Position numbers and translations under genes: made by a program. 64,000 nt of DNA from an uncultured Thermodesulfobacteriota bacterium (GTDB lineage Bacteria; Desulfobacterota; BSN033; WVXP01), in NCBI GenBank assembly GCA_964347335.1, contig CAYFYO010000005.1, forward strand, positions 1,703 to 65,702. The letters run 5' to 3'. Under the pieces are notes generated by a model, which was not told the DNA's origin, made no database searches, and saw only the letters and a program-made list of their open reading frames with translations. Shown piece after piece: positions 21,367 through 31,578 of this stretch; the first letter of the stretch is position 1, and each line of letters begins with the position of its first letter.

Positions 21367-22566
21367 CTATTTCCCCATCAGGAAAAAAAGCTTTCCTCTC
21401 TGTTTCATGTTTCCGGCCGAAATCTCAGCAACCTCACCTTCCCCCCAAAACAGATCCACCCGACCAGGGCCGCGGATGGCGCCACCGGTGTCCTGATTGA
21501 CCACGAAGCGGGAAAAGGGTCTCCATTCCGTTATCTCTCCATTCTCGTCAATTACCGGTTTCTCCGTCATGATGAAAGCGAGCACCCCCTTTGGAAAAAG
21601 TCTGGAGTCGGTGGCAATCGACCGACCGGTGGTGAGGGGTATGTTGATGTTTCCCAGTGGACCCTCCTCGACCACACGAAAGAAGGTGTAGCTCGGATCG
21701 TGGTATAGAATTTCGTCCATTCTTTCCGGGTGGTTCTGAAGATAGGCGCGAATTCCCTGCATTGACATCTTCTCTTTGCTGACCTCACCTCGGTCTATCA
21801 GAAGCTTCCCGATGCTTCGGTAAGACCTTCCGTTGGACGCGGCGTAATTAACTCGCAAGTAAGTCCCATTCTCCAGTTTGACAATTCCAGAACCCTGAAT
21901 TTGCAAGAAATATCGATCGATTCTATCGGTCAGCCAGACGATCTCATACCCTTTTTCTGCCAGAGCTCCATCGCCGTCAATTTCCTCTCTCGTATAGTAG
22001 GGAACGAGTTTCTGTCCATCTCTTCTCCCACTCACCCTCTTCCCCTCAAGCTTCGCACTGAACTCGCCCAGCCACACATCCACCAGGTCATCTGGCCTTC
22101 GGTACAGCGCATAAGGGTAACGGTCGTCACGAGTCGTACTGCCCTCCACAACGGGCTCATAGTAACCGGTGAAGAGAACCTGCCGCCGCCACCCGCGACC
22201 GACGGACTGATACACGAAGAAGTGCCTCATGATAAGACGCTCGAATTCCTCAACGGTACGGGCCTCATCCAGAAGATCCAAAAACCTCTCGAGGGAAGAT
22301 GCCACCTCCGACGGTGTGTACGTATCTGGACCGAAGATCACTGCCTGATTCTGAGGCCGAGACCTGAAGTATTGAAGACTCCCCAGGATGGCCTCTTTCA
22401 GGGAGGCTTTGTCGAGGTCATCCAAAAACCGAGGATATCGTCCATTTCTCAACCGAACCAGAGCGTCCCTCGGACCCCGGATCTCTCGAAAGGAAATGCT
22501 GGCGCATCCCGAAATGAAGAGGACAGCAATCAATGAAGCAACGACGACCCTAACCGACACCTTCAT
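21367..22566 (-). CDS. mltA: Membrane-bound lytic murein transglycosylase A
   Basis: 399 aa with lipoprotein-like signal (ISGCAS). MltA-specific domain (FTGYYEP, LQIQGSG) and 3D domain (DTGGAIRGPGRVDLFWG). Confidence 0.85.
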   Translation of the reverse strand: MKVSVRVVVASLIAVLFISGCASISFREIRGPRDALVRLRNGRYPRFLDDLDKASLKEAILGSLQYFRSRPQNQAVIFGPDTYTPSEVASSLERFLDLLDEARTVEEFERLIMRHFFVYQSVGRGWRRQVLFTGYYEPVVEGSTTRDDRYPYALYRRPDDLVDVWLGEFSAKLEGKRVSGRRDGQKLVPYYTREEIDGDGALAEKGYEIVWLTDRIDRYFLQIQGSGIVKLENGTYLRVNYAASNGRSYRSIGKLLIDRGEVSKEKMSMQGIRAYLQNHPERMDEILYHDPSYTFFRVVEEGPLGNINIPLTTGRSIATDSRLFPKGVLAFIMTEKPVIDENGEITEWRPFSRFVVNQDTGGAIRGPGRVDLFWGEGEVAEISAGNMKQRGKLFFLMGK

Positions 22567-22822
22567 GTTCTCCCCACTCGAATCCCTCAGATCACCTTAA
22601 AGGCCACCTCGTACTCACCAAACCGCCTCTCAGAGGGACACTCTGAGTATATCATAATCTCATCTGATTCAATTCTCGATCAGGATCTCAAATTTGACAA
22701 AATCCATTTTATGGAGTAGAAAGGGAGTGGCCATTTTCGAGAGACGAACTTTCGACTGCCTTCATAAGTCCCTCCTTCAACGAAAGGAGAGGCCCGTGGC
22801 CTCGGTGGGTTTAGGGAATTCG

Positions 22823-23239
22823 ATGGGAGAGAGGAGACGATACCGTCGCTTGAAGGTCAGATTGCCCCTTTCCTTTACGATCTCAGACGAAAAAACCGGA
22901 GGGGCCCGCCAGAAAACTCGCCCGGTTCGAGGCCACAGAATCAACGGCCAGACCTATGACATTGCCATGGAGGGTCTAACGATCGATGTCATGCTGTCGC
23001 CTCAGGATATGGCTTATCTCATGCCGGTTATGGCCCGCTCCCAGGAGGGACCGAGAGTCAACGTGGAGGTCGAATTCGAAGGAAATGCCGTTTCCATGGC
23101 TGGGACGATGATCTGGTATAATCTCTTTTTTCCTGGAACTCCCCCCCCAAATTTCAAGGCTGGCCTTTATTTCATCGAGCCTGACAGTAACCCATCCAAG
23201 CAGAAGTGGAACGATTTTATCGAGAATCTCAGAGTCTGA
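22823..23239 (+). CDS. PilZ-domain protein (start uncertain)
   Basis: MGERRRYRRLKV.. gives the RxxxR motif, and YDIAMEGLTIDV is a D/NxSxxG-like motif. An alternative upstream start lies at 22694. Confidence 0.55.
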   Translation: MGERRRYRRLKVRLPLSFTISDEKTGGARQKTRPVRGHRINGQTYDIAMEGLTIDVMLSPQDMAYLMPVMARSQEGPRVNVEVEFEGNAVSMAGTMIWYNLFFPGTPPPNFKAGLYFIEPDSNPSKQKWNDFIENLRV

Positions 23240-23398
23240 CCCCTCGGATGAGCTCCCCCGGCTGCATCTCCAGAGTTCTTGGCCGTCATCTTCCACAAAT
23301 GATTTACACAGGCACTTCTGACGATGAGAGACGACTTCGATGACCCGTACTTCTTGCTCAACTCATAGCGGGAGAAATCGGACCCTTGAGGCTTCGGT

Positions 23399-23563
23399 TC
23401 AGCTTTTTCGGGATGTTTTGGTCATGAATGAGGTGATTTGCTGTTTTAGGCTATTGCTACCACAATGGGGACACTTTGCTTTTCCTCTCTCATATTCGCT
23501 GAGGGTCAATATTGCAGTGAAAGGTTTCTTGCATTTTTTGCAGAGATAATCATACGTCGGCAT
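23399..23563 (-). CDS. FmdB-family zinc-ribbon protein (54 aa, absent from the ORF track)
   Basis: MPTYDYLCKKCKKPFTAILTLSEYERGKAKCPHCGSNSLKQQITSF.. The ATG is preceded by GGAGGG, and the CxxC..CxxC layout is typical of the FmdB family. Confidence 0.8.
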   Translation of the reverse strand: MPTYDYLCKKCKKPFTAILTLSEYERGKAKCPHCGSNSLKQQITSFMTKTSRKS

Positions 23564-23589
23564 GGCGAGCCCTCCTTCAACACCTCCAT

Positions 23590-24243
23590 CTAGGCCAAAA
23601 GCCCTACTTGGCTGGCGAAGTCGAGAAAGGGGTCTTCCACACCCCCTTCGATGAAAAACGTCTTTTTCATGTAGTGGATAGCCCCAGAATAGAATTCAAA
23701 TCTCCTTGCCAGTTCTAGAAAAAGAGAGGCCGGTCGATGAAGCATAAGATCCCTGTCGAAGACCCCTTGATAGGCTCTTTCCCCTTCCTCCATGTAGTAT
23801 CTGAGAAAGGCATTCCGCTCGACATACTCCCGGAAAATCCCTGACATGAAGAGAATATAATCCCCCGTATGCTTATAAATCTCACGCTCCTTCTCAACTT
23901 CTGAACCGAGCTCCTCCAGCATTTTTGCCTCGAGCAGCAACTCGACCACCGTCTCCAACCGCTTACCCTGCAAGCTTCTGATCTTGTAGAGATTATCAGT
24001 TCGAGCGAATTCTGCCAGAAGGCTTGCTATGTAGCAAGCCACCGTCGGCTCCTTGATTCTCAAGTCTTGAAAACTCCGACGAATGAGCCAGTCAAAGAAG
24101 CGATTTAATTTTGAAGAGGAAGACGTTTTCGTCACCCTTGTCAGACTCCCCAATGTTGTCATCATTTTAGAGAAAAAGGATTTCCCTGTCAAATTACTGG
24201 CAGTTGAAAAAAACCTGAAATAGGCCTTTGGCATTGCGACCAT
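23590..24243 (-). CDS. Hypothetical protein
   Basis: 217-aa ORF with coding-like composition, immediately upstream of the FmdB gene on the same strand. No family recognised. Confidence 0.5.
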   Translation of the reverse strand: MVAMPKAYFRFFSTASNLTGKSFFSKMMTTLGSLTRVTKTSSSSKLNRFFDWLIRRSFQDLRIKEPTVACYIASLLAEFARTDNLYKIRSLQGKRLETVVELLLEAKMLEELGSEVEKEREIYKHTGDYILFMSGIFREYVERNAFLRYYMEEGERAYQGVFDRDLMLHRPASLFLELARRFEFYSGAIHYMKKTFFIEGGVEDPFLDFASQVGLLA

Positions 24244-24308
24244 CGGGAAGGCTATGATATTTTGGACTTGTAATCCTCAAAGGGCCCGGAGGCTTTTGGG
24301 AGATTTGG

Positions 24309-25349
24309 ATGACAGCGAATGGAGTGACTCTGCAGATTCATCAGAACCTTTCAGATTTGGTGAATCTGGAGACCGAGTGGAAAGAACTCTTGGGGCGGAG
24401 TGCAACGAACACCATATTCCAGACATGGCAATGGAACCGTTTATGGTGGAAACACTTCGGCCGTCCGGGTGAACTCTTTCTCTTCTGCGTTCGAGATTCC
24501 GGGGACAATCTTTTGGGAGTCGCCCCCCTTTTCTATCATCTCGACCGAGATCAACGGAAAACGATTCAGTTTATTGGGGGCACGGACCTCTCGGATTACC
24601 TCGATTTCATCGTCTCCGAGGGTAGCGAGGCTTCGTTCTATTCCGCAGTTGTCGATTTCCTGAGCACCCATTTAGACCTCTGGGATGTTTTAGATCTCCA
24701 CTGTCTTCCACCTGAATCACCTACCCTTAAGATATTCAGAGGACTTTGCAAACAAAAAGGGTTTAGAGAGATCCTCACCGTCGAAGATGTCTGTCCTCGG
24801 GTCAAACTTCCCTCAAGTTGGAATGAGTTTCTCGCTGGAATGAGTCAGAAACAGCGGCATGAAATCAAACGAAAGATCAACAAAATCCGCAGAGAGTCGG
24901 AAGGCTGCCGATACATTGCTGTCGATTCAGCGTCTTTCCCTGAGGGAATCCAATCCTTTGTTGACCTCCATCAAAAGAGCAATGCGCGTAAGATGGACTT
25001 TATGAATACGAAAAGGAAAGGATTTTTCAGGGAGATGGCCTGGCTCCTTTTGCAAGAGGGATGGCTGGAACTCGTCTTTCTTGAAGCCAACCACCATAAA
25101 CTCGCAGGTCTGTTAAACTTCAGATACCGAGACACTGTCTATGCCTACAACTCCGGATACGATCCCGAATTCAGCCACTGGAGCCCTGGTTGGGTCTTGA
25201 TCAGCCACTCCATACGGAATGCCATTGAAGGGGGCGCCAGAGACTACGATTTCCTGAGGGGAAATGAATCCTATAAGTACCAATTCAACGCGCGGGATAC
25301 GGAGATCTACAACTGCATAATCCAGATGGGAGAGGAGAAGGGGAATTGA
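24309..25349 (+). CDS. GNAT-fold acetyltransferase, CelD/BioF2-like
   Basis: 346 aa. N-terminus W..L......IFQTWQWNRLWW and C-terminus YNSGYDPEFSHWSPG..DFLRGNESYKY are typical of the CelD-like family. Confidence 0.6.
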   Translation: MTANGVTLQIHQNLSDLVNLETEWKELLGRSATNTIFQTWQWNRLWWKHFGRPGELFLFCVRDSGDNLLGVAPLFYHLDRDQRKTIQFIGGTDLSDYLDFIVSEGSEASFYSAVVDFLSTHLDLWDVLDLHCLPPESPTLKIFRGLCKQKGFREILTVEDVCPRVKLPSSWNEFLAGMSQKQRHEIKRKINKIRRESEGCRYIAVDSASFPEGIQSFVDLHQKSNARKMDFMNTKRKGFFREMAWLLLQEGWLELVFLEANHHKLAGLLNFRYRDTVYAYNSGYDPEFSHWSPGWVLISHSIRNAIEGGARDYDFLRGNESYKYQFNARDTEIYNCIIQMGEEKGN

Positions 25350-26677
25350 AGCGGATCGCAATGATCAGTGTTCACACCTGCCCCCTGGCGGCCCTCGGAG
25401 GGAAAGAAACAGGGGGCATGAATGTCTATGTCAGGGAGGTCGGACGCCAACTCGGAAGTCTCGGGATTTGTGTCGATGTATTTACACGATCTCAAAACCC
25501 GGAGGTTGACAGAGTCGTCCCTCTAGGTCCCCGCGCTCGGGTAATTCACATTCCGGCCGGTCCGGAGGCTCCCTATGACAAGCGCTTGGTCTGGTTACAC
25601 CTCCCTCAGTTCCGTCGTGAAATTCTGGACTTTGTGAGGGCAGAGAAAATCCACTATGATGTCATTCACAGCCATTACTGGCTGTCTGGGTGGGCTGGGC
25701 TCAGCCTTCAGAAGGATCTGGGAGCCCCCCTCGTCCATATGTTCCATACCCTCGGCGTGATGAAAAACAGGGTCGCCAAGAACGAGGAAGACAAGGAAAC
25801 TTCACTGCGAGTGTTCGTCGAAAAGAGACTGATGGAACGATCGGATCTCATCGTGGCTTCCAGTCCATCTGATAAGGCTCACATGTTATCGTACTATGAG
25901 GCAGATCCGGGGAGGATAGAAGTTGTCCCCTGCGGGGTCGACCTGAATCTTTTCAGTCCATTGCCACAGAAGAGTTCCAGGGATTACCTCGGTTTGTCCT
26001 CTCGGGAAGTCATTCTCTTTGTCGGAAGGATTCAGCCTATCAAGGGATTGGATTGTCTTCTCAGGGCTCTCGCCATTCTCATCGAGAAATCGAGAATCTC
26101 CTCGCGGGACCTCTCTCTCCTCATCATTGGGGGGGATCTCGATAACGGCGGAAATGCCGCCAATGGACAGGTCAAAAGACTGAAGAACCTTACGGCTCAG
26201 TTAGGTCTCGATTCGATGGTTACCTTTCTGGGGCCTCAGCCTCAAGGCCTTCTCCCCTATTTCTATTCCGCGGCTAAGGTTTGCGTTTTACCGTCTCTTT
26301 ACGAATCCTTTGGTATGGTCGCATTGGAGGCCATGGCTTGTGGGAGCCCCGTCATTGCCTCACGGGTGGGGGGTCTCAACAATACCATCAGGCACGGAAA
26401 GACGGGATTTCTGATTCCTGAGGGAAATGCGGCGGCCCTCGCAGAAAAGATAGACCTATTTCTGCAGGATGACTCGCTGCGAAATCGGATGGGCAGAAAC
26501 GGTGTTCAGCACGCTAAAAAATATTCCTGGGAAAACATCGCTGATCAAATCACTTCCCTATACCGGCAGGTTTTGTCTCGAGAAATCTCCGAATACTCCG
26601 GAATGGAGGCATTCCCTCTGTTCATCGCCGGCAAGGACGCCCCCTCTTGCTCAGGGCCCTCATTGTGTGGCGGATGA
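25346..26677 (+). CDS. Family-4 (GT-B) glycosyltransferase, MshA-like N-terminus
   Basis: 443 aa with a 4-nt overlap with the upstream gene. ISVHTCPLAALGGKETGGMNVYV and the E..G.V.LEAMACGSPVIAS EX7E region. Confidence 0.8.
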   Translation: MKRIAMISVHTCPLAALGGKETGGMNVYVREVGRQLGSLGICVDVFTRSQNPEVDRVVPLGPRARVIHIPAGPEAPYDKRLVWLHLPQFRREILDFVRAEKIHYDVIHSHYWLSGWAGLSLQKDLGAPLVHMFHTLGVMKNRVAKNEEDKETSLRVFVEKRLMERSDLIVASSPSDKAHMLSYYEADPGRIEVVPCGVDLNLFSPLPQKSSRDYLGLSSREVILFVGRIQPIKGLDCLLRALAILIEKSRISSRDLSLLIIGGDLDNGGNAANGQVKRLKNLTAQLGLDSMVTFLGPQPQGLLPYFYSAAKVCVLPSLYESFGMVALEAMACGSPVIASRVGGLNNTIRHGKTGFLIPEGNAAALAEKIDLFLQDDSLRNRMGRNGVQHAKKYSWENIADQITSLYRQVLSREISEYSGMEAFPLFIAGKDAPSCSGPSLCGG

Positions 26678-26773
26678 TATGTTCTCCACCATCTGCAAAA
26701 CTCATTCTGTTGGTTTTGCGACTTTCTCGGACTGAGATAGAGCAGCTCAGGCCGCTACAGTTCAAATTGGATC

Positions 26774-28084
26774 TCAACACCCCTCGCCTTTTTTCAGTCG
26801 TTTCGTTTTGCCCCTTTCGATCTTAAAATAGAGACGCTGACGACGGTGTCTGAGCGCGTTTCGTTCGAGCGGGTTGATAAACGCAACCGCCTCAAAAGCC
26901 TCCTCGACCCATCTCAACGCCTCTGAGTGGTCTTTCACCTGGTGCTCATAGAATTTTGCGAGCTCTTCATAGGGAAAAAGCTCGCGGCCCCTTTCGAGGG
27001 ATATCATTTCCATCCAGATTGAGGTTGCTCGCTCCATCTGTTTCTCTCTCTTCCTGGCCAAGGAGAGGGATTTCAAAATCTCCCACTCCCGAGCGTCTTT
27101 ACAGCATCGCAGAGCATTATGAAAACAATCGATAGCCTCCGCCCTCCTCCCCTGCCTGGCAAGGAGTTTTCCAATCGCATACGACTCAATCCATTCACGT
27201 CTCCCGTAGGTTTGAGGAGCGTCTACCAGGTCGTGGATTCTCGCTGCCAGAGTGACCAGTGAGAGAACGTCCATGCGGTTGTGATAGAAAACGCGAGGAA
27301 TCTCGCTCTCATTTCCGTTCCTCAGGTAGTCGAAATAGATGTAAGGAATCAGCTCACTTGGAACATCGTCTTCCCGATAGATGCCAAGGACAGATGACTC
27401 TATGGTCGCGAGTCGGCAGTCCTCGTAGGCTCCCCTCCATATCCTTCGCGAGGGAAAGAGCAGGTCGTAATTTGGCAGATCCCTAAACGGGCTATCCATG
27501 CGAGCGAGGATGAATCGATTTTCTAGGAGGGGAATGTCGAAACGCTTTCCGTTAAACGTAACGAGGAAGCGAAAATCTCTGACCAGTTCACTCAGCAACC
27601 AGAGCATTGCCCTTTCCTCCGTGAAATCTCGCAGAAAGAGTTGCTGAGTGACAAACCGGTTCCCCTCAAAGTACCCCACGCCGACCAGAAAGGCGCATGT
27701 TCCCGTTCCACCGGTCAAACCCGTTGTCTCCACATCGAGATACACGGTGCGAGAGAAATCGAGGTCTCTGAGATTCTCATCCTCCGAAAGCAGGGAGACC
27801 GGATACGTCGGGATCTCCATCACACGGTCGAGTAGCATCTCTCCATGCCGATGCCCGGATCCATAGATCTGTTGTCGCATGAACACCATTCCAAAGGGGG
27901 TGGCCACCTCCTCACCCTCCAGCCACTCCGTAGTCATGTGGGGTCGTTTATGGACACCTTTTTTTCGTTGGGGATCAACAAGCCGCTCAAGTCTTCTTCT
28001 CAAATCCGAGATAATCTCCTCACGGGACTGCTGCGCCCCACTTGAGATCGAATCCAGGCGCTTCAACCGCTCTTTGATGTCCAT
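26774..28084 (-). CDS. RNase H-fold exonuclease with C-terminal TPR-like region (YprB/MrfB-like)
   Basis: 436 aa. VYLDVETTGL..FLVGVGYF exonuclease I motif and YHNRMDVLSL. It lies directly downstream of the DUF1998 helicase, as in B. subtilis yprA-yprB. Confidence 0.7.
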   Translation of the reverse strand: MDIKERLKRLDSISSGAQQSREEIISDLRRRLERLVDPQRKKGVHKRPHMTTEWLEGEEVATPFGMVFMRQQIYGSGHRHGEMLLDRVMEIPTYPVSLLSEDENLRDLDFSRTVYLDVETTGLTGGTGTCAFLVGVGYFEGNRFVTQQLFLRDFTEERAMLWLLSELVRDFRFLVTFNGKRFDIPLLENRFILARMDSPFRDLPNYDLLFPSRRIWRGAYEDCRLATIESSVLGIYREDDVPSELIPYIYFDYLRNGNESEIPRVFYHNRMDVLSLVTLAARIHDLVDAPQTYGRREWIESYAIGKLLARQGRRAEAIDCFHNALRCCKDAREWEILKSLSLARKREKQMERATSIWMEMISLERGRELFPYEELAKFYEHQVKDHSEALRWVEEAFEAVAFINPLERNALRHRRQRLYFKIERGKTKRLKKGEGC

Positions 28085-28116
28085 AGTCCCCTAACCCGAG
28101 TCTCAGAATGCCGATA

Positions 28117-30522
28117 TCATTTTCCGCCTTTCAAAATCCGTTTCAACAGGGCGAGGGCCACCTCTTTGGAGTTCATACCGACCTCCTTTGTGGGACCAAC
28201 GCACGAGGGGCATCCGTGTGAACAGGGACATCTCGAGATGAGTCCGAGGGTATCTCGAAGCAGACCTTCATAATCATCGAAGATCTGAGGGCTAAAGCCA
28301 ACACCCCCCGGGTAGCTCTCATAGAGGAAGATTGTCGGCTCGAACTCCTTTATCACGTCTGGAGAGAGTCGATCCTCTCCGTCTGCAGACCGATAGAGCC
28401 CCTTACCCTCTCGCGATAGCCGCACAAACCATCGAGCACCCCTGTCGCCAACACTCCTTTGAATGTCTCGTAGATCACACATCAAGTGCAGACAGGCCAC
28501 TGCATGCAGCGCGTAGGAGACTCCGAGCACGCCGTCAATAATCTCCCAACGCGGGAGAGGAAGGCTGTCAAGGATCGCTTTTTGGAATACGAACCAGCAG
28601 GCCGTTGTATGCATTTCTTGATCGGGAAGGCTTACCTTCCCGTATCCGAGGTTTTCCAGAGTGCGAAATCGAATCTTCTTGAACCCGACCACTTTGCTGG
28701 TCACCTTTATCTCGCCGTGTTCAATAATGTAGGGATCCCTCCCGCGACTTTCGAATGTCTCCAAGATTTTGATGTCTGTATAAGTTAACGCCTCGGTATA
28801 ATGCTCTCCGTGGAACTTCTTCACATAGGCCTTGCGATGGTCGTAAGCAAGCTTTTCGACCTGGTACAGCTCAGATTCACACATATATACCGCTTCTGGA
28901 TAGAGGGTGGTGTGGGCGCCCACGAAGTCCACCTCGGCAATGACTCGATCAGCGGGCCGTCCCTTCTCACTCGTTGTGTCGATGACCAAGAAGTTCTCTT
29001 CAGAGATACTCCTCAGGCTGATTTCGTCTGCCGGATAGACATCCTGTGTCCAGTGCCATTGTCCTCCAGATCTGTGAAGGACGCCTTTTTCGCCGAGGAA
29101 TTCTAGGATCTGATCTAGATCCTCTCCACCGAATTTCTCCCCCTCCTGGAATGGAAGCTCAAAGGCAGCACACTTGATGTGGCTCAGGAGAATCAACAGA
29201 TTGTCGGGATTGACGAGACCGTGTTCTGGAGTTCTCCCGAAGAAATAATCGGGATGTTCCATAATAAACTGGTCCAGGGGAGTACTCCTTCCAATCAGAA
29301 CTGCCAGAGACTTACCGGACCGACGTCCTGCCCTTCCGGCCTGCTGCCACGTGCTTGCTATGGTCCCGGGATAGCCTGCGATAATACAGGCATTCAGCCA
29401 TCCAATGTCGACTCCAAGTTCCAGCGCGTTCGTGGAAACGACACCCAGAACCTTGCCCTCCCTCAGACCCTTCTCAATTTCTCTCCTCATGTTCGGGAGA
29501 TATCCTCCCCGATAGCCCCGAATCCGCTGACTCATATCACCGTCCTTCGCGAATCGGTCCTTTAGGTATTTTGTCAACACCTCCACATTCAACCGGCTCG
29601 TTGCAAAAATGATGGTCTGGACCTTTTCTTTCAGGAGCGGGCGGGAGAGTTTTTCAGCAACTTTGAGATGGTTTCCTCGAATCCCCAGCTCTTTGTTAAT
29701 CACTGGAGGATTGAAGAACACAAAGACCTTCTCTCCTGAAGGGGCACCACTCTTGGCAATCAAATCCATGGGTTTTTCGACAAGGCTCTCGGCGAGATCC
29801 TTCGGATTGGCAATTGTCGCGCTGCTACAGATGAACTGCGGTCTGGAGCCATAGAACGCGGAGATTCTGTCCAATCGCCGCATCACGTTGGCCATATGGG
29901 AGCCCAATACACCTCGGTAGAAATGGAGTTCGTCGAGAACAACATGCTTTAAATTCTGAAAAAAACCGGCCCATTTTGTATGATGAGGGAGTATCCCAGT
30001 GTGAAGCATGTCTGGATTCGTAATCACAATGTCTCCCTGTAGCCGAATGGCCCGACGGGCATCGTCGGGGGTATCACCGTCATATGTGTGAATCTTCATA
30101 GCCAGGGGCAGCTCAGCGAGAAACCCCTGGAGTTCGACCATCTGGTCCTGTGCCAAAGCCTTGGTAGGGAAAAGATAAAGAGAACGGGCCTCTGGATGCT
30201 CTATCTTGTAATTGAGGACCGGCAGGTTGTAGCACAGGGTTTTGCCTGAGGCCGTTGGGGTAACCACGACCACATCCTTGCCTGCATGGACGGCCTCAAC
30301 GGCCTCTTTCTGATGGGAATAGAGCCTCGAAATGCCCCTCTTTTTCAGAACTGAAACCAAGTCGTGATGGATGAAAGCGGGGTACTCTGCCCACTTCCCC
30401 CTGCGCATAGGGAGGACTTCCATGCGCATGATGCAGGGGGAGATCTCCTTTGATCGCTCCCATCGGTCCAGAACAAGATCGATGGCCATGGGATCGTGCG
30501 CTGGCTCTCTATCCTTCGTCAT
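28117..30522 (-). CDS. DEAD/DEAH-box helicase with C-terminal DUF1998 Cys cluster (YprA/MrfA-like)
   Basis: 801 aa. Motif I TPTASGKT, motif II VLDELH, SAT, QQAGRAGRR, and C-terminal CPCSHGCPSC. Confidence 0.85.
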   Translation of the reverse strand: MTKDREPAHDPMAIDLVLDRWERSKEISPCIMRMEVLPMRRGKWAEYPAFIHHDLVSVLKKRGISRLYSHQKEAVEAVHAGKDVVVVTPTASGKTLCYNLPVLNYKIEHPEARSLYLFPTKALAQDQMVELQGFLAELPLAMKIHTYDGDTPDDARRAIRLQGDIVITNPDMLHTGILPHHTKWAGFFQNLKHVVLDELHFYRGVLGSHMANVMRRLDRISAFYGSRPQFICSSATIANPKDLAESLVEKPMDLIAKSGAPSGEKVFVFFNPPVINKELGIRGNHLKVAEKLSRPLLKEKVQTIIFATSRLNVEVLTKYLKDRFAKDGDMSQRIRGYRGGYLPNMRREIEKGLREGKVLGVVSTNALELGVDIGWLNACIIAGYPGTIASTWQQAGRAGRRSGKSLAVLIGRSTPLDQFIMEHPDYFFGRTPEHGLVNPDNLLILLSHIKCAAFELPFQEGEKFGGEDLDQILEFLGEKGVLHRSGGQWHWTQDVYPADEISLRSISEENFLVIDTTSEKGRPADRVIAEVDFVGAHTTLYPEAVYMCESELYQVEKLAYDHRKAYVKKFHGEHYTEALTYTDIKILETFESRGRDPYIIEHGEIKVTSKVVGFKKIRFRTLENLGYGKVSLPDQEMHTTACWFVFQKAILDSLPLPRWEIIDGVLGVSYALHAVACLHLMCDLRDIQRSVGDRGARWFVRLSREGKGLYRSADGEDRLSPDVIKEFEPTIFLYESYPGGVGFSPQIFDDYEGLLRDTLGLISRCPCSHGCPSCVGPTKEVGMNSKEVALALLKRILKGGK

Positions 30523-31346
30523 TGGCTCACAGTCCTGTCTTCTCGATATATGACAGCGGTAACCTCATTGCCTTTCTTGTTGAATCGGACTTCATCCATC
30601 AGAAAGTCCACAATAAAGAGACCTCGTTTATCAGGAACAGACTCCTGTTCTTCCCTGATCCTTGCCAGGTAGCTCTCTCCATCAAATCCAGCACCTTCGT
30701 CCTTGACGGAAAGGACAAACTTCTTCGAGTCAAAAACCATCTTGACTTTGATCTGTTTGTCCTTGTCGCGGCGATTCCCGTGGACGAGGGCATTGCTCAA
30801 CAGCTCTTCCATGCAGATGGCAACATTTTCAAGACGTGCCTCGTCCTCAATTCCACGCCACTGGCACTCCTTGACGGCGAAGAGAATGGCTGAGGGAAAT
30901 AGTTTGGGCTGACTGGGAAAGGTCATGTCCGTCTGACTCTGTACCCACTCCATCAGGGCATAGGTCCCGAGAGCAAGTTCCCTTAACTGCTTCCCTTTCC
31001 GAATCAAATCCTTAACCTGGGATATTTTGAAGGGTTTGGCGATAAAGTTGAAAGCCCCTCGGGTAAGCGCATACGTTGTATTCTCCGCGCTTCCATATGC
31101 GGAGATGACCGCAATCGGTATGTTCGGATTGATTTTTTTCACCTTGACGATCAGTTCCAATCCGTTCATCTTAGGCATTGACAGGTCAGTGATGATCAGA
31201 TCGACTTTCTCCTTCTCTACGCGACCAAGAGCCTCCACACCGTTCTCGGCTGCCAATACCTGATAGCCTAAACCCCCGATCATCTCGGAGAGGGTTTCGC
31301 GCACATCTCTTTCATCATCAACGATCAAAATTCTAAAGTCTTTCAT
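30519..31346 (-). CDS. Fusion of a receiver domain and an RsbW/SpoIIAB-like HATPase (anti-sigma-type Ser kinase) domain
   Basis: The ATG at 31346 follows GGAGG. MKDFRILIVDDERDV..DLIITDLSMPKMNG is the receiver; the C-terminus is EELLSNALVHGN..VKDEGAGFD. Its stop overlaps the helicase ATG as ATGA. Confidence 0.7.
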   Translation of the reverse strand: MKDFRILIVDDERDVRETLSEMIGGLGYQVLAAENGVEALGRVEKEKVDLIITDLSMPKMNGLELIVKVKKINPNIPIAVISAYGSAENTTYALTRGAFNFIAKPFKISQVKDLIRKGKQLRELALGTYALMEWVQSQTDMTFPSQPKLFPSAILFAVKECQWRGIEDEARLENVAICMEELLSNALVHGNRRDKDKQIKVKMVFDSKKFVLSVKDEGAGFDGESYLARIREEQESVPDKRGLFIVDFLMDEVRFNKKGNEVTAVIYREDRTVSQ

Positions 31347-31578
31347 CAACAAATCCTCCGAAAACGCCCATGTCAAAGGCTGTTCTTCTCTGAAATGGTC
31401 AAGGCTCCTACCTGTGCTTCTATCTAATTATTCGTAAAGATACGGCTTTTTGCGATAGTAACAGAAAGTCAAAAGGAGGGCAAGCCTCGGGCACCCACTC
31501 GGGTGAACATCGACTCGGCCCTTGAAACGGAAGGAACATCTTTTTTATATTTAAGGGACTGAGACCGGGAGGCCCATC

